Positions 1 to 11,596 of a stretch of DNA of 64,000 nt are shown piece after piece. The notes under the pieces are model-generated. The model saw nothing but the letters and a program-made list of their open reading frames with translations, ran no database searches and was not told where the DNA came from. The translations under genes and the position numbers were made by a program. Position 1 is the stretch's first letter. Every line of letters starts with the position of its first letter. Source of the stretch: Psilocybe cubensis (taxonomy: Eukaryota); NCBI GenBank assembly GCA_017499595.2, contig CM039000.1:3348001-3412000 (forward strand), written 5' to 3'.

Positions 1-936
1 GTCGGTATCGAGTGACTACTGTTCATTTTGTATAACGCATGGCGACCCGTCGAAACCGATCAGAGAGACAATTATATCCAGTTAATTATACATAACTCAC
101 TTGGCTCAACCACACACGAGGTTTGTTCTTGTGCACAGATAGATACGAGTTGAATTCTGTTGAATTGGGCTCACATACTGAACCCGCTTGGAAAATAGCC
201 CCGAAGACTGTGCAGTGTTAATGGAGGGCCACACCAAAATTTCGATTGCGCGTACCAGAGGCTTGGTACCGATGAGATGATGTAGGGTTACTACTGGGGT
301 ACAGCTTGAAAGACATGCCGGCCCATACTTTGCCATTCTCAGGAGACAACATGGGAAGCTTCAACTGGCTAGTGGAGGCCAGTGGCAGGCCCAATGACTG
401 AATAAGCGAGATTCAGGTTTTGTAGAAGCTGTGGGATTTCCAATGGCATATTAACTCAGAATATAGCTCATCTGCATCATGTCTCGTACCTGTGTTGATT
501 CATGAGATCAACTTGAAAAGTTGGGAACAACTTGAAGTGACATCTTGAACGCTGCACTATATGTCGAGCCTTCGCATTCTGGAGAAACTTTGGCTACATA
601 ACATCAAGTAGTATCAGTAACCAAGGGTGAAGCCAGGTCTCCGCAAACTGTAAACTCGGATATGATGGACGCTAATGACAGAAGGGGAAAATGAATGATG
701 GAGCAATTATGGGGCCACCGAATTGGCCAGGTCCCGTGCCTATAATGGCCCTGGTCACAATGGCTCTTTTGATTGCAACCAACGGCGAACACACCCTATC
801 TCTTTCTTTAACTTCTTCTATCATTATTTGGATTATGACTTTATAGCTCACAGGTCACTCTTTTTTCCACCTTTCTTTTATGCCCAGGACTTTTGTTCTT
901 GATTTCGAGGCGGGCTTCGACTAGTGTTCACGGCAG

Positions 937-2028
937 ATGCATCCCAGGTATCATCGACGTCTCCCACACGCTGAGCGTGCTCAACTCTGGAGACGCCAAG
1001 CGACAGCAACCAAAGCTATTGGAGAAGAGAGTGAAACTTCGACTGCCAGTTTTATCTTGACAACGCCTATTACTCTTACCATTATTCAAACTATACGAGA
1101 CTCGACGTCTACCTCTGTCTCTTCAACCTCCATCTCTACAATTGTTAAACCAACTTCATCAAGCACTTCATCAAGCTCCACTGCACAATCTACGAGTTCC
1201 ACGAGCAGCAGCAGCAGCATTTCTCAGACTTCCCTTGTGACGTCGACGGGATCATCAAGTTCATCATTATCTCCTGCTTCGTCGACGGTGTCGTCTTCGG
1301 GGACGTTAAGCGGGACTAACAGTTCCACTCCAAGTGCTGTTGGCTCACTATCATCTTCGACTAATGAACTACCCGGCGGGGCCATTGCGGCCATCGTTAT
1401 TGTGGTTATAATTTCCTTCGTCGGGGGTATCCTCTATTTAATGCGTTCAAAATCAAGACGTACTCGTATGAAGCTCAGACCTTTGTGGACGCAGTCGAAG
1501 GCACTTAACAAACCCGTCGGTATATCATCGGCAACCTATCCATTTGAACCTGTAGAGTCAGCGTACCCCGCAACAGAAACTCGTCAAGTCCCATCAAGGA
1601 CCTCTGGATTGTCTATCAGCATTCCGGCTGCTAGCGTCTCCGTGCCACCCACTTCATACAACAGTGATAGTAACAGCAGCATTTCAGCCAACATCGTATC
1701 AGCAACAAGCACATTACCCCCAACTCTAGCTGTCTATTCTCCAGGTGCAAAGTCAGCCCCGTCACCTTTCAGCGCCGTAGTGTCTTCTTCCTTCATCACC
1801 CGGCTTCCTGATGAGCTCTCAATTGCTGTAGGGGAGAGACTACGGGTCTTGGCAGAGTATGACGACGGATGGTCATTATGCATGAACAGCACAGGAGAGC
1901 AGGGTATGGTGCCCAATGAATGTCTAAATCGTGGTGGAGGTTTGTCGCAACGACCGACAATGGCACAAGCAGCGACTCAGAGTGCGGAACGAAGGAGCAG
2001 CAGAGTTAGCAGCGTTGGCTGGTCTTGA
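937..2028 (+). CDS. Single-pass membrane protein with Ser/Thr-rich ectodomain and C-terminal SH3 domain (Fus1-like architecture)
   Basis: Intronless 363-aa ORF: long S/T-rich tract, TM segment GAIAAIVIVVIISFVGGILYL followed by basic RSKSRR, and SH3 signature F...LPDELSIAVGERLRVLAEYDDGWSLC...GEQGMVPNECL. Confidence 0.85.
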   Translation: MHPRYHRRLPHAERAQLWRRQATATKAIGEESETSTASFILTTPITLTIIQTIRDSTSTSVSSTSISTIVKPTSSSTSSSSTAQSTSSTSSSSSISQTSLVTSTGSSSSSLSPASSTVSSSGTLSGTNSSTPSAVGSLSSSTNELPGGAIAAIVIVVIISFVGGILYLMRSKSRRTRMKLRPLWTQSKALNKPVGISSATYPFEPVESAYPATETRQVPSRTSGLSISIPAASVSVPPTSYNSDSNSSISANIVSATSTLPPTLAVYSPGAKSAPSPFSAVVSSSFITRLPDELSIAVGERLRVLAEYDDGWSLCMNSTGEQGMVPNECLNRGGGLSQRPTMAQAATQSAERRSSRVSSVGWS

Positions 2029-3191
2029 TGACCTGGTATGTCGAAGCTAAATACCTACCTTATCCGTTATTCGAGTAAGCATCCAACTTGTTTTTCTGTC
2101 TGACACATACTCACGGCGTTTTTTACACGGATAGATCTTTCAAAATTTACCACTTTTCAATACCCTTTGAAGGCACCTCCGGAAGACCTTTATTCTTTTT
2201 CATTAGACTTCTCTTCTTCGTGACCTTTGACCTTTAGATTCATTTGCTTTTGGTAGCTTGGGAGCAAACCTACACCATTTATTATAATGGTTTTTTTTTG
2301 TATAATTCACTTTTCTTCACTTTGTATGCGTGGCATCCAGTGAAATCGGAATAAATTTTGCCCGTTTCGAGGATCCATGCTGTAAACTTGTATTCTATCG
2401 TCTCTTTTCGTGGAAAAGGAACTATTATATGGGACTATGTTCATTATGTATCATACCGATTTCAACGACTCGGAGTGTTGTGTATATCAGAAATAAAACC
2501 AACGATCCCATCGGCCATTCTATGGTTTTCGTAAATTCCTGCCGTTAGAAAGAGGGTATGCTTGTTTCTGCTGTCATATTGTACCCTGGTTGCTAAAGGT
2601 CGAAGGTATTGGGAGATATGTCAATATCCCTGTCAAATAGATTCAGTCGAGTATAGGTCTGCATTCTATAGGTTTTGAAACGTCGGGCGGCCACTTGAAC
2701 CGTCTACATAGAGAGACGGTTGAAGTACCCGCTCGATCATGGGATACGGCAAGTGCGTCGGGAATTGGGATTGGGTCTATCATGATCAGGCCAAGTGAGA
2801 CAGATGCTATCTTTTGGTTACCTATAGCGACCGTCACTGATTCTACGTCGACTTACGACTGCTGATGATGTGATAACTGAGTGCAGGCCAAGAGTTTGAT
2901 TCGACTCAAGATACACTATGTAGTTGGAATATTCACCAGGTTCACAAACTTTCCCGACTCTATCTGAACCTCGTAACATCCCCAACCTCTTCGCTTCAGG
3001 GGCTTATGACGACACGTGATCGGGCTTAAATGAGTACGCGCAGGAACGCGTGTTCTTGGCACTGCGTATTTTGAACTTCATATTTCCTGTATCGGCTCTG
3101 TAAACTGAAAATACATGATACAAGCAGTGAAATGGGTAAAAATATAGTACAAAGCATATGAAGAGTGCCAAATTGTCCGCCTTCATATACC

Positions 3192-5908
3192 TCAGAGCTC
3201 AGAGGTGGCCCCTGATTCCGTTACCGATGCAAACGGTTGCAAGCCTTCTTCCTTTGGAATTCTCACAAAACTGAGCATTACAAACGAAGTCGTGACACAG
3301 AATGCGCTGATAAAAAATATCGCGGGTGGAAATATGCCAAAAGTCTTGACAAACGCGAACGCATATACAGATGGCCCGACAATCTGAGAGCTAGATGCAG
3401 ATTGAGAACAGTCAGACGAACCACCAAATTGAAGAATAAACAAGTGAATTTACCATAATGCCTGTATAACGCTGAGGGCCCCGTATAGCCTGCCTATCTC
3501 CGTGCCACCTCTGCTCGCATACAGAGATAGGATGACACTTTGCACGGCGGGACTGAATCCGGTACCAAAGGAGCCCACCACTCCAAATAGCATAAACATC
3601 CACCCTACTGGTGCAAGACCCATCATGGCGTAGCCAACAATCTCTACTGCCAGAGACGCTCGTGCTAAGCCTAGATCAAAAGCGGGAGAGTGTACCTCCC
3701 TGTGCCTCATTACACGGCTGGATGATATTGAGCGCCGCGTGCGTTTCCCATTTGACGCTCCTCTGATGAGAGGTGTTGTTTCGTTGGGATCTGCTGGCAG
3801 CCTAATCTGCGCTGGTTCAGGTTTGAGAATTTTAATAATGACTAAACAAAAGAGTAAGAGGTCAACATCATCTCTTACTTCGCAGAGCATCTAGGAACAC
3901 GGACCTGGTAGAACAACTGTCAAGAAAAGTGCTCGTGTGACCCCGGTCAAGCTGACCCAATACCCAACCTATGTTTTTGGCCATTAGAATGGCTATAAGA
4001 AGATCTAAAAAGACACCAACTGTCGTCGTCTTCCACCCAAACGTCGACTCTGCATATTGATATTTGTATGAGTTCGAACCCTGTTAGACGGCGATTGAAC
4101 TGTCATTTCCAAGAACACATACGGCTGACTAACAACGTACCATGAGGGAGATAGTAGCTCCATAAGCAATGGCAACCAACGCCAGGTTATAGTCCTTCTT
4201 TGGCTTCGCAAGAGGATTTTGACCAGGTTTGGTAACTGTGGGCTTAAACACGGCCAATGGGCTCAAGAAGGAGAACAGCCGTTTGATATAGGGAATGATT
4301 CTTATGGAGGCGGGGTTTCTGTTGTGATTGTTGGAAGACTCTAGAAGCTCGTCGGCGTAATTTTCCTTGGCCTCGTCCATCTGCTCCTGAGTCAACGACT
4401 CTGGGACGACCGTCCACACCAGAATGGTGTAAATGAGGTGTAGAATTGTGGCAAGGTAGAAAACAGATAATATGTGGCCGGTATACCGAATTAACAAGCT
4501 ACCAATTGCGGATCCCAGTGACATGCCGGTGAAGTGGAATCCCAAATATAATGAGAAGACTCTTGTTCTTTTTTCGCCCTGTGATTAACGAAGATAGTTC
4601 TGCAAACAGAATATCATTACCTGGTAGTTTCAGTCGTGCTATCCGCCAGATACCCGTGACTAGCAGCCATAGCAGTGGCTGAGCCTTTAATTATTCACAA
4701 TGACAAGATTAAGCACGATTTCTTTTCTAGGATGAGCAATGCTGCTCACCTCCAAGTAGGCCCTCTAAAGAGGGTCCAATTACTAGAAACCAGTATCCCC
4801 CTGGAAGGCGGTGTGATATTTTTGCTACCATAATAAACATTAAGTCCGCAAATAGGAGCGAGAGGATGAATATCCCCATGACTCGGGTTCGTCCATAACG
4901 GTCAGAGAACTGGAACGATGATGATTACAAGTATATCAATATAGAGATAAAATCAACTTACAGCACCCCACCAGCCTGTTGTTAGAATACTCAGGGTGCC
5001 CATCCAGGTAGAAATTACTGTAAGATCATTGAAATGTCAGCATGACGATGGCAATACAAAAGGTCGGGAAGAGATTATTAATAGCATTGAATGGGGAAAT
5101 TGAATGCGGAGGCATTCAATTAACACAGATGTTAATCTGTGTTTGCAAACACTTGGCAATAATCAAGATGCAAACTCACCTGCTGTCAGCTTTGCAACAG
5201 CAGCAGCGACTGTAGGATCAGCCGCACATTTGTTCTTTTTGATTGGTCTTCTCGACATGTTTTCAATACCATCCGTCCAAGTATCCGTGGACAAAAAAGA
5301 GACCTCGCTGAGTGCCGATAGTACACTCGAAGAGTTGGATGCATAAGTTGGCCCAACTTGGTCAGAAGATCTGGAGAGGGCTGATGCAAGGCCTTGCATA
5401 TCATAGTCTGGATATACTTCCCGAAAAATATCCGGACGATGGGTCTTGCAAGCTAAAATGGTGTACATTTCAATACGAGGTGCTATGGTAGCGGAGGTGG
5501 CAATAGCGGTAAAGGGCATTAACATGAGCAACCTACGAGAGCAATAACAGATCAATGGCGTCCTAGAATCATTGAACCATGAACGTACCACCAAGGAGAA
5601 GGCTTCTTCCACCACGGAGACTTGACCTCCTTCCTTGAGTTATTGTCGGATTCATCTCCAGCAGAGGTGTCAGATTCCACCAGTGTTGTCTCCGTCAGGT
5701 AGGCTCGGCCAGGATGATGCGGATGAACAAACTCCTCCAGTAGCTCAGCAGCATCGGCCCCTATCGCACCATCCGGCAAAATCAAGCTTTCTGGCTGCTG
5801 CATGAACGATATCGTTGAGTTTTTGGTTGATTTTCTGGATGGTGCATGTCTTGGGTGACTAGGTGATGAATCGTGAGAGCTTGTTTGTCCATTCGACGCC
5901 ATGGCCAT
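3192..5908 (-). CDS. MFS transporter, SLC46/YJL163C-like, paralog 1 (multi-exon)
   Basis: Spliced exons give WWKKPSPWW, APRIEMYTILAC, MFS motif A (FSDRYGRTRVMG), GGYWFL, GRLYGALSVIQAL and SQIVGPS, with many TM helices. GT-AG introns, e.g. 5018-5179. Start at ATG 5908 or 5902. Confidence 0.85.
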
Positions 5909-6674
5909 TGGCCAACTCCGAAGCCTTTGAACGTTGTCTCTTGGAGGAGGAAGTTTGCAAGAGAGTTAAGCACGAACCAGGGCGTCCACGGTTGTCGGAT
6001 GGAAGTGATGAATAATGAGGAGCGGCTGCGCTGCATGCCGTTCTACATGTCACTGTCTATGTTAGAACGAGGACAAGAATCTCATTATACAACTTTAACA
6101 CTGATTGATTCGTTATCAGGGACCCCGACTATTTATACGCCGACCGTTGGTCAACAGCCGCTGTTCATCGAATGCCAATCACTTACTCCGCATAGTCGGA
6201 AGCGAAATTGAAGCCTGTAGTGATCCGTCAGTATTATTCGAAGGCTTGACCAGAGGTTCATACCTTTGGTGCCCAGTATAATGTGTGTAGGCCCCTAGAA
6301 AGTCATACAAGGCGTGTGGAAGAGCGACTCTCAGGGACAACTTCGGACAACATTGACAAGTGATTGATTAGTCAACCTTTTCATCTTCATCTCACTCCAC
6401 AGGCAGCTGATCCCTCCTTTAACCATATATCGTCTACGGCGGCCTATTTTTGCGAAAATTAGCGCCAACTCCAGAGAACGAGCGTCTAAAGAAACGTCAT
6501 TTAAGGTACTGCATCTGCGCCAATTACCCTGATAACAAGTAACGGTAGGATTCATTATGGAAAGGCAAACGCCAAACATAGACTGCGAATTGTAGTGGAT
6601 ATTGAGTGCGAAAAAAGTACGATAATCAAAAGAATAACCAATATAGATGTTACAAATTGTTCTGGACACTGACA

Positions 6675-9359
6675 TCAAGTCCGAGTATCCACCAAGGTCT
6701 CCTCATGATGGTGTACCTGCGGCTGGGGATTAATAGTCGGTTCTTCTAGGTCGGCGATGCTTTCCCGTCGATATTCGCTTTCTTTCGGAACACGAACTAG
6801 GGCAAGCAAGATGAAAGAAATAGTAACACTGAATGTCGTGAGATAGAATATGGCAGCGGGGAAAAATGTGACAGTTTTGATAAACACAAAGCCATAGAGG
6901 GTCGGCCCAATGACTTGGGAACTAGATTTCGAGGTTATGGTTTAATACAAGTGGCATATTCTATGGATTAGAGGCACACACCATAAAGCCTGAATCACAC
7001 TAAGGGCTCCAAACAGTCTTCCAAATTCGGTACCTCCCCTTCTAGAGTATAAAGACAACATGACACTTTGGGTTGCAGGACTAAATCCTGAACCTAGAGA
7101 ACCAAATATGCTAAGGACCAAGAACGGAATCGGTGCTGTTGTGATACCCATGGCGAAATAGGCGACGATTTCTATCAATAACGAACCGCGAGCAAGGCCC
7201 AAATCGAATGCAGGGGAGTGAATTTCTTTCTTGATTATACCGGGTCGTCGAATCGTTGAAGATGACCGTGAACCACTTCTCGAATCAAGAAGCGGAGTGG
7301 CTTCGGAAGGCGTAGCTGGTAGAATAAGGGTTATCGGTTTCGGTTTGAATATTTTGATAAGAACTAGAAAATCGTGTTCCAAATCAGAATTTTTCAAAAA
7401 GGAAAGATGACAAGACCGACGAGGTAAAATAATGGCCATGAAGATCGCTCGAGTGGCACCAGATAGGCTCACCCAGTATCCAATCTGCAAAAACCATGAG
7501 TTAGCGGTACAGATTATGTATACCAAAACATACTGTTTCAGTGCTCCAGCCAAAAGTGGACGCTGCATACTGAAATTTGTACGTGTATGATCCCTAGAAC
7601 GCGTTCAGACTTTGAAGATATTCACACATTGACAATTGATATACCATAACAGAGATTGTAAAGCCGTATGCAATGGCCATCAAAGCAAGGTTGTAATCCT
7701 TCCCAGGAGTCTTGAGTGGATTTGTTGTAGCTCCACCGTACTTTGGTAAGAAAATGGCCAAAGGAACCAAGAAAGTAAAGATACGACTGAACTCGACGAG
7801 AAGTCGAGTGGATGGACGCAACTGTTCACGGCCGCTAGCAGCGTTTGACAGCTCTGCATTATATCTGTCCTTGGCATTCTGCATTTGCTCTTTTGTCAAT
7901 GGTTCAGGCAATACAGTCCACACCATTACCGTGTAGGCAAGGTGAACTGCAGTTGCCAGATAAAACACGGAGAGTGTTTCGCCCGTGAAGCGAATCAACA
8001 AGCTTCCTAAAGTTGGTCCAATAGCCATGCCGCTGAAGAGAAGTCCTAGACTGAGAGAAAACATTCGTGACCTTGATTATTTCGTCAGCGAAAGGACATC
8101 TGACATTCCCATGAGGAAAACAACCTTGTATTTTCAGCCGTCGTATCAGCCATGTATCCATGCATGGCAGCAATGCCGGTCGCCATTCCTAGGACATCAT
8201 GATCGATTAAAGGGTTGTATACAGGTTGAAGTTCGACATCTAACATACCACCAAATAAACCTTCTAGGGCTGGGCCTACAACAAGGAACCAGTACCCCCC
8301 AGGTAGATGTTGGTAAAATTTGGCCACTAAAATAAAGTTGAAATCCGTGATAAGAAGAGCCAAAATGGATATGCCCATGACGCGAGTTCGGCCATGACGG
8401 TCAGAGAACTGAAGACATTAGATTTAATGACGCCACCAAAACCTGTAAGCAGACTTACAGCACCCCACCACCCAGTGGTAAGCAGACTGAGAATGCCCAT
8501 CGTAGCCGTTATAACTGTGTGAGAACATGAGTAATCGTTTCAAATTCTCCGCAATGCGACAAAGTATTATTAGGTAGTGTGGGACTACCACAGATATGGT
8601 AGTAGCGTGGCCTCTAGAACATAAGGCATGCCCTCGAGATAGCAAGAATAAAAGCATGCACCTACCTGCAGTTAACTTTGCAACGGCGGCCAATACTGTA
8701 GGATCTGAAGCGCATAGGTTACGATTTGGAGTTCCGTCAGAGTTGTTGCTCCAGTGGATGACATCAGAGTTTGGAGAAGCTGGATGATATACCGGGTTGA
8801 CAAGCGGTAAAGCAGGGTGGGCATCATATGCATGTATGTCATTGGGTTGATAAGGCGATTCAGATATGACGGATGGAAAGGTAGAATTGTTAGGGGCCCA
8901 GCGTTCGGGATATGCTTGACGGAAGATATCAGGTTTATGAACACTGCATGCAAGAATGGTGTATATTTCAATGCGAGGGGCTATCGTTGCAGACATCGCG
9001 ATAGCTGTAAACGGTAGCACACCAAGCAACCTAGCAGAAATGAGAATGCATTCACAAAAAATGTAACCGCACAATTACCACCACGGAGATGGTCTCTTCC
9101 ACCATGGCAGCCTCGACCTTTTGTCCAGTTCATCGTCTGACCCGTCTTCCATGGGATCGTCGGAGCCAACCAATGTCTCTTCTGGGATGTGGTGGGGGTG
9201 AACAAACTCTCCCAACAACTCAGCGGCCTCTTCTCCTATTGCACCGTCTGGAAGAATGAGGCTCTCCGGCTGCGGTACATATGGTTGAGATGTCGAGGTC
9301 ACGGTCCTGGATTGCTGCGGTCGCTGTGGGCTACCAGCGACGTCACTTTGGGTGGGCAT
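6675..9359 (-). CDS. MFS transporter, SLC46/YJL163C-like, paralog 2 (tandem duplicate, multi-exon)
   Basis: Same exon layout and motifs as paralog 1: QPESLILPDGAIG, WWKRPSPWW, APRIEIYTILAC, FSDRHGRTRVMG, EIHSPAFDLGLAR, GRLFGALSVIQAL. Confidence 0.85.
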
Positions 9360-9662
9360 AGCTGATTGCTACGGTTTGTCGCGTGTCGGATGAAGGCTGG
9401 AGGGTGATGGTCGTAGACGAAAGGCGCCTCTAACAATCTAATGGGACCTGGTCCAGAAGGCAAGCATGGTTTATAAAATAGTGAAGCCGGTGAGATTACT
9501 CATTTATAGCGTAGAACTGCCGGTTTGCCACATGGAAATTCTGAAATACTAGGTCAGGTCATGTACGTTACATTGGCGTGTCCAATCTAAATCGGATAAC
9601 TGTCTGATTAAGCGACCTCGAACCTGACGTTATCTCATCTCCTATTTGTATCTTCAACCACA

Positions 9663-10265
9663 ATGGTCAGTTCGCAGCAATCTCATTTAACGGTTTCCTT
9701 TAATTTATTAATGCAAAATAAAGAGCGGAACTGTACTGGTCGATATACCCCAAGAAGTCAAGGACTCCCTTCGTAAATTTCGCTTCAAGCGCCGGAGCCA
9801 GGGAAGCGCTGCGATCGTCATCAAGATCAACAAAGCCAAGCTGGTCATGGAAGAGGTTGAACAATTCGACGACGTAACCATCGAAGAATTGGCTGAAGGT
9901 GAGTAGTGAACTTAACACTCGCGAGGTGACACTGTCGCTGACTATATCATCGTACAGAATTACCAGAGAACTCACCACGCTATGTGGTATTGTCCTATGA
10001 ACTGAAGCACAAGGATGGCCGAACATCCTTCCCGCTGGTTCTGATTAATTGGTCCCCATCATCCAGCGAGACGGGCATGCTGACTCTTCATGCAAGCGCT
10101 CTTCTCAACTTCCAGAATACAGTGAGAATCATTCGTGACTGACGTCTTTGTGCCGCGAGCTAATCTACATGCGTTGCGTAGGCCGATGTCAGTAAAGTTA
10201 TTGAGGTACGCGATGGTCCTGAAGGGCTCACAAAGGAAGTTATCGATGCCAAATTACTCGCATAA
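9663..10265 (+). CDS. GMF1: Glia maturation factor (ADF-H family, Arp2/3 debranching factor, Aim7/Gmf1 ortholog); absent from the ORF track
   Basis: ATG(9663-9665)|intron 9666-9723|SGTVLVDIPQEVKDSLRKFRFKRRSQGSAAIVIKINK...IEELAE|ELPENSPRYVVLSYELKHKDGRTSFPLVLINWSP...LHASALLNFQNT|ADVSKVIEVRDG...AKLLA*. The LRKFRF and ELPxxxPRYVVLSY motifs are typical of GMF. Confidence 0.9.
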
Positions 10266-10462
10266 TTCTTCGAAACGTTATGTATTTGTACAGATTTTGT
10301 TTGGGTATATAATTACAATTCACTGATTAGAGGAAATAGTTGGTGGATGAGTGGTTGTATCTACTTCGTACACTCGATTCAAAGGATTGAAGGATAAAGA
10401 AGCAGAACCTTGCTCGGCTCTGAAACTTCAGAATAAATAAACGACTTTCCTCTTCAACAAAT

Positions 10463-11596
10463 CTAAGCCCTTCCAAGTTCAGACGCAGGATCGTGCCGCG
10501 GCGGTTTCCAATCGTATGTCTGAAAAGAACCTCGACCACTACCAACACCAGAATCAGAAAACGTATCGACCATCGATATCATACGGCTGCTGAGCGATGA
10601 GAATGTTTGCTGCTTGCTGGATTTCGACGAAATGGATCTAGCGACGTTGGGCTTCATCATAGCTGAAGGCGGCGCCATATGAGTGCTGTATATTTGATGA
10701 ATTTGTAAGTCGTTATACCGTTCTGCAGGAGGCTCGACGTTGATAGTGACAGGATTTCTGGATGAATTTTGCATCACAGCATTTTGGTCTATGGGATTTC
10801 CAGGAGAACCAAATCTAAAAGCCTGTAAATCAAAGAAGGTTCGACTAAAGGGCCGTGGTGACGGGTTATAGCGCCTGTATAAGTTACTGCTGCTTCGCTG
10901 TTGTTTCGGCTCGAAGGATCCCTGGTTAGATGAGAAAATATTTCGTGGGCCGTTGGAATTCTTCCATAATCTGGCAAGACTTCCAAATTTTGGTCTTGTA
11001 ATGACGAAGATAACTCCAGAAATTGTGATGCAGAAAAGAATTCCCAGGATAATAGCAACGATGGAGCCCAGTGAAAGGCCATGGTTAGCACCTTGAGTTA
11101 AGTTCGACGAAGGTGTCGCTATAGCATTGTCGGGAGGGGAGGTGGGGACTGCAGCTAGACTTGAGGTCGTAGAGGTCGGAAGAAACGGAGTGGTAAATGA
11201 ATCCCTAGTTATAACCACGGTCGCGGTGGTGGAAGAGACACTGATCGTGTCTGTAGGTGTGTTATCGGCAGTTGACGAATGGTCTTTAGTTGAAGTCGTG
11301 GCAGAACTCGATGAGACGCGATTGCCGCTACCACCGTTACTCCCATTCCCGCCTCCACCTCCACCTCCGCCTCCACCAAAGCCAAATCCAAATCCACCGC
11401 CCCCAAATCCGCCGTTGTTGTTGTTGTCGTTTTCTTCATCATCACTGCTGCTGCTACGATTATTATCATTGCTGTCCCCTTTGTGGTCATCGTCATCGCT
11501 GCCCTTTTTGCGATTTCTGTTCCTTTCAGAATTGTCATCGCTCTCATCATCCCGCACGTAGGACAATTGTCCAGAGAAGTGGTCGATAGGTGGCAT
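10463..11596 (-). CDS. Uncharacterised single-pass membrane protein (Asp/Asn-rich, Gly-rich and Ser/Thr-rich N-terminal part; Mid2/Wsc-like layout)
   Basis: Intronless ORF, first ATG at 11596; TM segment LSLGSIVAIILGILFCITISGVIFVI then RPK; S/T-rich stalk before the TM. Confidence 0.7.
   Translation of the reverse strand: MPPIDHFSGQLSYVRDDESDDNSERNRNRKKGSDDDDHKGDSNDNNRSSSSDDEENDNNNNGGFGGGGFGFGFGGGGGGGGGGNGSNGGSGNRVSSSSATTSTKDHSSTADNTPTDTISVSSTTATVVITRDSFTTPFLPTSTTSSLAAVPTSPPDNAIATPSSNLTQGANHGLSLGSIVAIILGILFCITISGVIFVITRPKFGSLARLWKNSNGPRNIFSSNQGSFEPKQQRSSSNLYRRYNPSPRPFSRTFFDLQAFRFGSPGNPIDQNAVMQNSSRNPVTINVEPPAERYNDLQIHQIYSTHMAPPSAMMKPNVARSISSKSSKQQTFSSLSSRMISMVDTFSDSGVGSGRGSFQTYDWKPPRHDPASELGRA
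11343..11430 (-). repeat. Coding low-complexity repeat (GGN)n and (AAC)n giving poly-Gly and poly-Asn
   Basis: Encodes part of NNNNNGGFGGGGFGFGFGGGGGGGGGGNG within the 10463-11596 ORF. Confidence 0.8.

Noticed and set aside
1..350. Possible small exons of a minus-strand gene running off the window start
   Set aside because: Splice-like signals are present, but no coherent or recognisable protein could be assembled.
3192..9359. MFS pair as part of a secondary-metabolite cluster
   Set aside because: No synthase, P450, methyltransferase, decarboxylase or RiPP precursor was recognised nearby; the neighbours are housekeeping genes.
11127..11589. Pro/Leu-rich and His/Cys-rich ORFs on the + strand, and similar shadow ORFs elsewhere
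   Set aside because: They are antisense or alternate-frame shadows of low-complexity coding repeats in real genes.
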